A stretch of 56,120 nt of DNA, counting the filler, from Bipalium vagum (Eukaryota), in NCBI GenBank assembly GCA_037834085.1. It is 3 parts of 3 records of this genome, joined end to end, with 100 filler letters (N's around TTAATTAATTAA, not from the genome) between each part and the next. Parts side by side here need not be neighbours in the genome. Positions count along the whole stretch, not along the records: positions 36,072 to 56,120 come from JBBMKC010261434.1; 2 more parts are not named here. One strand, given 5' to 3'. Every line of letters begins with the position of its first letter. Positions within the stretch are counted from its first letter, which is position 1. A program made the position numbers and the translations under genes. Below are positions 49,703-56,120 of the stretch, one piece after another. Below the pieces are notes generated by a model. The model ran no database searches. It worked only from the letters and a program-made list of their open reading frames with translations, and had not been told where the DNA came from.

Positions 49703-51685
49703 CAGTAAAATTCGCTTAATCCGGTGTCTTTGAGACCGAAATATTTCACCGGATAACACAAAAATCCGGATTATCCAAAATATACTAAAACTCAATAAAG
49801 TATAAAAGAAAAAGAGAACTTTATTTACAATTTATTCAAATAAAAGATCGTCTTTATTAATTTTTTTTGAAGAAATTGGTTATTTGCAATTGTGTCAATT
49901 CATTAGTTATTTTTGAGCTGAGATTATCTTTGAGACGTTCAATAGCAGAGAGATGCTTTTCCAACCCATTGTAAGTTTGTCAAAACAGGTGAATCATATT
50001 CAAAACCCGAATGGCTTCCTGTTTGAAATGACACAACTACAACAGAACTTGAGTCTTCAACTTCATTTTCGGCGATTGCATTAAGAAATTTCCAAAATGT
50101 CTTCTTCCAATATTCCAGCGGTAATAGTCAAGGTTTCATCCGCTTCGACAAAATTTGCAAATGAAACTTTCTGGGGTACTTGTATAAATGATTTTAATCG
50201 ATCAAAGATATTTGCAAATTCTTGCTGGTCTTGGTTTGCTTTGATTTCAGCAAATTCGTTTAATGATTCTGGTGCAAAACAATGTCGAAAGCAGTTTACG
50301 ACAATTTCTTCGGAAACCGAATCCCATACTATATTGATCATATTTAAGGCACCAAGGAGATTTAAATGAAACTCAATTTTGTTTTCATGACACAATAGCA
50401 TTCTCTGCACAAGACGCTTTCTGTACCGACATTTCATTTCATTGATGATTCCACTATCTAGTGGCATGAGTTTTGAATGTTTCATACGGTGGAAGCAAAT
50501 ACAATTCCAAATTTTTCAGTCCAAGAATTTGGTGATGTGCTGGACATCGATCGAGAATGAGAGCTACCGTTCGATTTTCTTTCCTCATTTGCTGATCAAT
50601 TGAATGAAAAAATTCAGTGAAGATAAGACTTGTCATCCATGCTTTACGATTTGCACGATAGATTGCTGGAATATGTAAGACATTTTTGAAGTATCCTGGT
50701 TTTGCATATTTTCCAATAACCCAAATAGGAAATTTCTTGCCGGTCATACTAACACAGTTCAACATTGTGAATCGCAGTTTGGATTTTTTCCCGGCATGAA
50801 TTTTCTCATTCGCAAAAGCAAGTGTTTTATCTGGTGTTAATTGCCAAAATAAACCACATTCATGGCAATTCAAAATGTCATTCGGTGAATATTTTTGCAT
50901 AATTTCCTTAATAACGATATCTTTCAAGTGACAAATGGACTCAACGGACGCAGAAGCGCTTTCTCCTGCCATTTTTTGAATGTAACATTATGATAAGTTT
51001 TCCAGCGACTTAACCAACTCATTAATTTTCATCATTTTGATTCACTTCGCCAAGTTCTTTGGCAAATTTGGTGACCTGTAGCCTGAAAAATTCTCTACCT
51101 ATTGGTAAATCTGGTCAATAAGCTCTCATTGCAGAAAACCAATGCAACAAAACCATACCAGTTTGTGGAAATTTTGATTGCTTCATTCTCCTGACTTTCC
51201 CAGAAACACATTCTTGGTAGTTATCCTTTATTTTCTCTGTATTTTTTATAATGTCACTCAAGGTTTGCCGTTTCACACCGAAATAATTAGCAATTTCAAT
51301 CTTCTTGAGATGATTTCCAGAAAAACAAAAAAATTCCGTACTTTTCTTCTAGACTCTTTTCTATTCCTATTCTTTTTAAAGACATCTTGATATTTAACGT
51401 TAAAAAATTTAGAAATAATATTAACCTTTTAAATTAACAAAATAGTTTAAACGACAAAATACTTAAATTAACAAAATTAAATTAAATCTAAATTAAAATC
51501 CGCATTAAAAGTATGAAATCCTTTCGAGGGACTTAAAAATTTCACCGTACTATGGATTTTACGAAACCGAATTTGGTAAAATTTGATTAGTCACAATTAA
51601 TACGTAATTTATTTGGGACCGAAATATTTCACCGGTTTTCAAGAAAATCCGGATTATCCAAAACCGGATTAAGCGAAATGTACTG
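49703..51685 (-). mobile_element. Near full-length pogo/Tigger (CENP-B HTH + DDE_1) transposon, inactive
   Basis: TA TSD; TIRs CAGTA(A/C)A(A/T)TTCGCTTAATCCGGT; GESAS, NCHECGLFW (for NADETGLFW), KAWMTS.IF, LILDRCPAH, PLDSGII; several frameshifts; ATG at 51385. Confidence 0.92.
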
Positions 51686-52619
51686 TATATTCAAACAATG
51701 TATCATTCATATAATTTTCTTTGACAATTTCAAATATGTTTATAAATATTGACAATGAATTGAAGTAAAATCGTAAATAATTATAATTCGGAATAAATTC
51801 AGATTTTTATTATTATGAATTGAAAAGAATTTTTTTTATTCTTTACTGTAAAAATTTAGGTTACTCGCAAATATTTTTTTAGAAATGTTAATATCAATTT
51901 TTTGAATAGATTTATTAAGTGATAAAACAAATAATATTTAAACCAATTTTCTCAGACCTGTAAATTCCTTTTTTATTAAATACTTTTTAAGTATTTAAAA
52001 TATTCCCAAGGTCTGATTAGCCTCCTCATAAGAAATATTTATTTTCTATGGTAAATAGGGAATTTCAATAAAAAAATTTACAATGAAAAAATCTTTTTCC
52101 TCTACGTAAAACTTGATATACTTTCACTTTCTTATTTTAAAAATGTTGTCTGAAAGATGAGATTTTAAAAAGCCTTCACAAAACAAGTTTTTTTAAACAG
52201 CTATTTTAAATGGACCATTTACTATTATTACTTAATGAAGGTAGGACGCACAGAAGCGATTCTAGAACATACTAATAATTAAATGAAAAGAATACAGACT
52301 TATCAACGGTAAATGACTATTTATAACATTTTTCTAGGTCCCAACTGAGTAGAACGTCAGTAGTATAAGGAAACCAATCACATCATGGAAATTTTTATTT
52401 AAAAATTTAATGTTTTATTAATATTATAAATTTAAATAATAACTATTTAAGTTTAATTTTTAAAATATTAGATGTACCCTTAAATAAAGTTATTATATTA
52501 AGATAAATCTTATTGGTTATATATTGTATTTTCTTTTAATATAAATTGACTACCACAAGAGTTATTTAAATATTTTTAGATTTACGAATAACTAGATTCC
52601 TACATTTGCAGAGTATAGA

Positions 52620-52725
52620 CACACTATTTTAATATGGAAAAAACTGATGCAAAAATTTACCCAATATTTCGAAGTCTATGGGGAACATACACCATCTCAG
52701 GCTACCTGCAAGTGGTAGTTTAAGC
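52620..52725 (+). mobile_element. Mariner N-terminal fragment
   Basis: EVYGEHTPSQATCKW*F. Confidence 0.55.
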
Positions 52726-53479
52726 CAAGCATAATTTTCAGTTAAATGTGGTTCAAAAAACAGTTTCTTATCATTGAAATTAAACATTGCTATCACTTAT
52801 CTATTGTATTCCCTTATTTACCACCAGAAAAATCACAATACTAAAATCTGAGATCAATCATTCCTCAATAAAAATACTGTCAATCAAAAAATTAATAAAT
52901 TTTAAAAAAATATTTAATCAAATAACTAAATGAACTCAATTGACAATAAACAAACCTTAAACAAATTCAAAGAATGTTAGATTAATAGTCAGTACCGCTG
53001 AGTGATATGATAAAATCAAGAAACTTTAATGAAGAAGAAAAACAAAAGGTTTATCAATATTGTACAAAAAATCTGAATCCTAGGACTGTTAGTCGAGCCA
53101 AACGGGTCGCTCGAAGACGGTCGAGGTCGTGGGGACCAAAAGAAAATCCAATTATATTGGATTTACACATCACCTTAATAATAAATAATATCACCATGAA
53201 ATAAATGAATAGGTGTTTCTTTGATACCCGACTTCTGCAACCAGCTGATATAAGTTGCAGAATTGATCTATTACTTCCACCTTTATCCAAAATATTCATC
53301 TGAAAACCCGATATTTCCCAAAATATTGAGGCTGCGTTTTGTGGAAGATAATTTATTGTTTAAATTAAGTAGGCCTTATTTGTGTCCTATAAAATGATGG
53401 ATTAGCAGCCGCTAACGGCGAAATCTAAAATGATTGATCATATAAAATATTATTTTATTATTATTAATTATCATTTTCC

Positions 53480-54609
53480 TTATTTTGTATTATTAGATCG
53501 TTAAGATGATCCTACTAGCCAATTCTTTACTGACTTAGACCTTTCATTTTCAGCTAGTGTCCCGAGTAAATCCAACATTTCTTTTTTCATTTATTATTTA
53601 TAATATTGAAAATTTTTCATTTTTAAATCTCACAACTCATCTTTTTTTAAAATTATGTTTACTGTTTAATTTTTTGCTTTCTTTTAAATCGAAAAATAAA
53701 TTTACAAATCTTTTTTTTTAGTATTTTTAAATAAATATATTAAAATTACAAAGTAATCATGTCCATAAAACTTATTCTAATATATATAAACTTTATAAAC
53801 TTTGTAATTTTAATATATTATTGTCCCGCCGTCAGGACAATTATTTATGGAATTATTATTTTTATAAATTTAATCTCGGGAAATATTTTATTTCCTATTT
53901 TAACTATATTTAAATAATACCGATACCTTTTACAATTGAATAAAATTTTGTAATCCATATGTAATTTTTATAAATTTTTTTTAAATATAGGTTTCTAAAT
54001 TTTTGCAACAAAGTAATTACATCATTTTAGAATAATTTGCAGTTTTTGCATTATTCTTGAGAAGTTTAGCACTTTTTTCGAAAATTGTGCATTTCTTTGT
54101 TGGAGAACCTGGTTACTGAATTTATGAAGAGGATTTCACAATGAAGCACATCGAGCTTGGGAATGCCTAGGCGACTGAAAAGAACCTAGAGGACGACCCG
54201 GGGATCCATTGTTTATTTTTTTCTTTATTTTATTATGTTTTATTAAGTTCATTCGATTTTTACATTTAATTCTTTAGTGTAATTGTTGGAATTTGATTTA
54301 ATTATTAACAGTATTTTATTCTATTCAGACATTTGATTAATATTTGACTCTTTATTGATTTTTTAGACATTTATTGTGATTTTTGTTATAGATGTTATTG
54401 TAAACTGATATAAATATAATAAAGTTTTATTGTGATTGTTTTGATGCATTTTGTGGTGCGAACCGAGATAAGATTTTATTATGGTTATTTTGATTCAATC
54501 GAGCTTAGATTTGTGTAGGTTTGTAAGTAAAACAAACACAACATTAAAGAAGTGAAGATTTAGTGAAGTTCGAGCTAAAGTTATATTTTGGTTAGGGAAA
54601 ATAGTAACA
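53480..54609 (-). mobile_element. Possible LTR retroelement 5' end (LTR, primer site, leader, ORF start)
   Basis: Minus strand begins TGTTAC at 54609; AATAAA-containing body; GC-rich TTGTCCTGACGGCGGGA at ~53840-53824; AT-rich leader; then MLDLLGTLAENERSKSVKNWL. Confidence 0.35.
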
Positions 54610-55321
54610 GTACTACGAAACCGGAAAATCAAACAGATGGATCGGAAATAAAATCTATGTGAATGCATACACTATAAGATTTAAAAATTGGTGATAGTAA
54701 AAAAACGGAAGTAAAGCTTTCTACCAGAACTAACATTGATTTCTTGTAAAGCAAAAAAATCCATTTAAATAGCCATAATTAAAGAACCCATCTAAATTTA
54801 TGCACGGATTCTATCCGGTGTGTTTAAAACGATTCTCAAATTCTGAACATAGTGGAAAATATCTGTAAAATTATATCAGACACGTTACATGATGGGACCA
54901 TAATTTAACAATATGCAAGAATTACGATTGAGCATTACAGACACTATCCATATGATAAACAATGAAAAGACAAAACACAATTGATTTTTATTGATAGATA
55001 AGATTTCGCCTTTGTAAAGTTTTAATATTTACTTAATATTATTTAATTTTTAAAATTTGTATGTGTAATACGTTGTTGATTAATAATAGATTTGATAAAA
55101 AATGTCCTTCCATATTTTTCAGTATTTTTTTAAAAATTAAATTAATTTTATAATATAAATTATCAACAAATGATAGAAAACCTACTAAAAGAACTATCCA
55201 GAGCTTTTATGTAAAATTAATAACTTTAATTTTACCCTATAGATTTAATGTTGATTTATAAGACTTTATTGGAAAATAATAAATCAATAATTTTGAAATA
55301 AAACAAACTAAACTATCTTAC

Positions 55322-55498
55322 AGTAGTATAAACACTGTTTTTGTTTCCCGTCTGACATAGCTTTAAATTGAAGTAGTCGCCGTTTCCATTTTTTATACAA
55401 CAAGAGTCTGGAACACGGGAAGGTTTCGAATATCGATACCAAGGAGTTTTTTGATAAATGACGAAAGATTTATTGTTTTCTACAGCGCAGCAGGAAAA
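55322..55498 (-). CDS. Tetraspanin, internal exon encoding the large extracellular loop (59 codons, phase 0-0)
   Basis: CTACAG| acceptor and |GTAAGA donor. FSCCA...VPDSCC...C...VYTT matches the tetraspanin EC2 pattern CCG...PxSCC...C...Y.xGC. Other exons not located. Confidence 0.72.
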
Positions 55499-55953
55499 CT
55501 GTAGATAAAATTTCATTATGAACTAATTCATTTAGTAAATCGATATTTTTATTCAAAAAATAATCAATAAACCAATGAAATAAATATTTAAATGAAGATT
55601 ATTTTTATATTTCACGGACAACACTTTAGTGTCAAGCAAAATAAAATTCACTAAATTCTAATTTTTCCCTATATATTTAAATTCCCATTTCCAGCCAACT
55701 TCTGCCTCTAATCAGATTTAATCGATAAACATGAGTAAATATTTTCTTCCATTGAAGGAAAATTCTTACAATTCCTTATTCTCAATGAATTTTTCTTAAT
55801 CGATTAGCAAATGAGCATAATTATTTTGTCATTATTTTCTAGAAACCAGGAAAGAACTAAAGTGGAATTCCAATCAATATTTATAAAATATTAAAATCAT
55901 GAAAATTAAATATTTTAAATAAGATTAATAATTGATAACAATTTCTGTAATTA

Positions 55954-56120
55954 TTAGGTTGTCCAGTATGAAATTTCGTTTTTTATCTAAATTTTCAAAA
56001 TTAAATTATTCGATAAATATTAATCGAAAATCTTGTTTAAATTTTCCAAATAAAAGCCAGATTTTCAAAGTTTATTTACATTGTAAAAGTAAGAATATTA
56101 ATTAAATATATATTTTTATT
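55954..56120 (+). mobile_element. Mariner-type terminal repeat, element continues beyond the window
   Basis: TA-TTAGGTTGTCCAGTATGAAATT resembles mariner TTAGGTTG TIRs. Confidence 0.4.

Noticed and set aside
53007-53299. ORFs as the next tetraspanin exon or an RS-rich gene
   Set aside because: No suitable splice sites or TM4 pattern; shares aaaaaatctgaatcc with the decayed retroelement region near 49172.

Overview
Very AT-rich animal (eukaryotic) genomic DNA, not prokaryotic. It has short 46-78 nt GT-AG introns, kb-scale transposon-filled introns and (AAT)n microsatellites. This is consistent with a planarian-like flatworm, but that is inference only. Three contigs are joined by artificial 100-bp spacers (44 N + TTAATTAATTAA + 44 N). 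Host genes: a two-exon dynein light chain LC8; an intronless LUC7L3-like splicing factor; the first four coding exons of ARID2/BAF200 (+); a convergent ankyrin-repeat gene (-) with duplicated 99-nt exons that the ORF track misses; a two-exon gene with two paralogous CxxC..H-x4-C (PARP-finger-like) modules; and one tetraspanin large-loop exon. A tRNA-Ala(CGC)-like gene has a broken anticodon stem and sits before an (AAT)n tail. The rest is decayed mobile DNA: many mariner/Tc1 remnants, pogo/Tigger elements and MITEs, a probable Merlin element, a Ty3/Gypsy gag-PR-RT fragment and several LTR-like 5' ends. I found no unambiguous new multi-gene system. The best novelty candidates are the tandem zinc-finger gene, the ankyrin gene facing or nested in ARID2, the tRNA-headed SINE-like locus, and the LTR family with a palindromic non-canonical primer-binding region.
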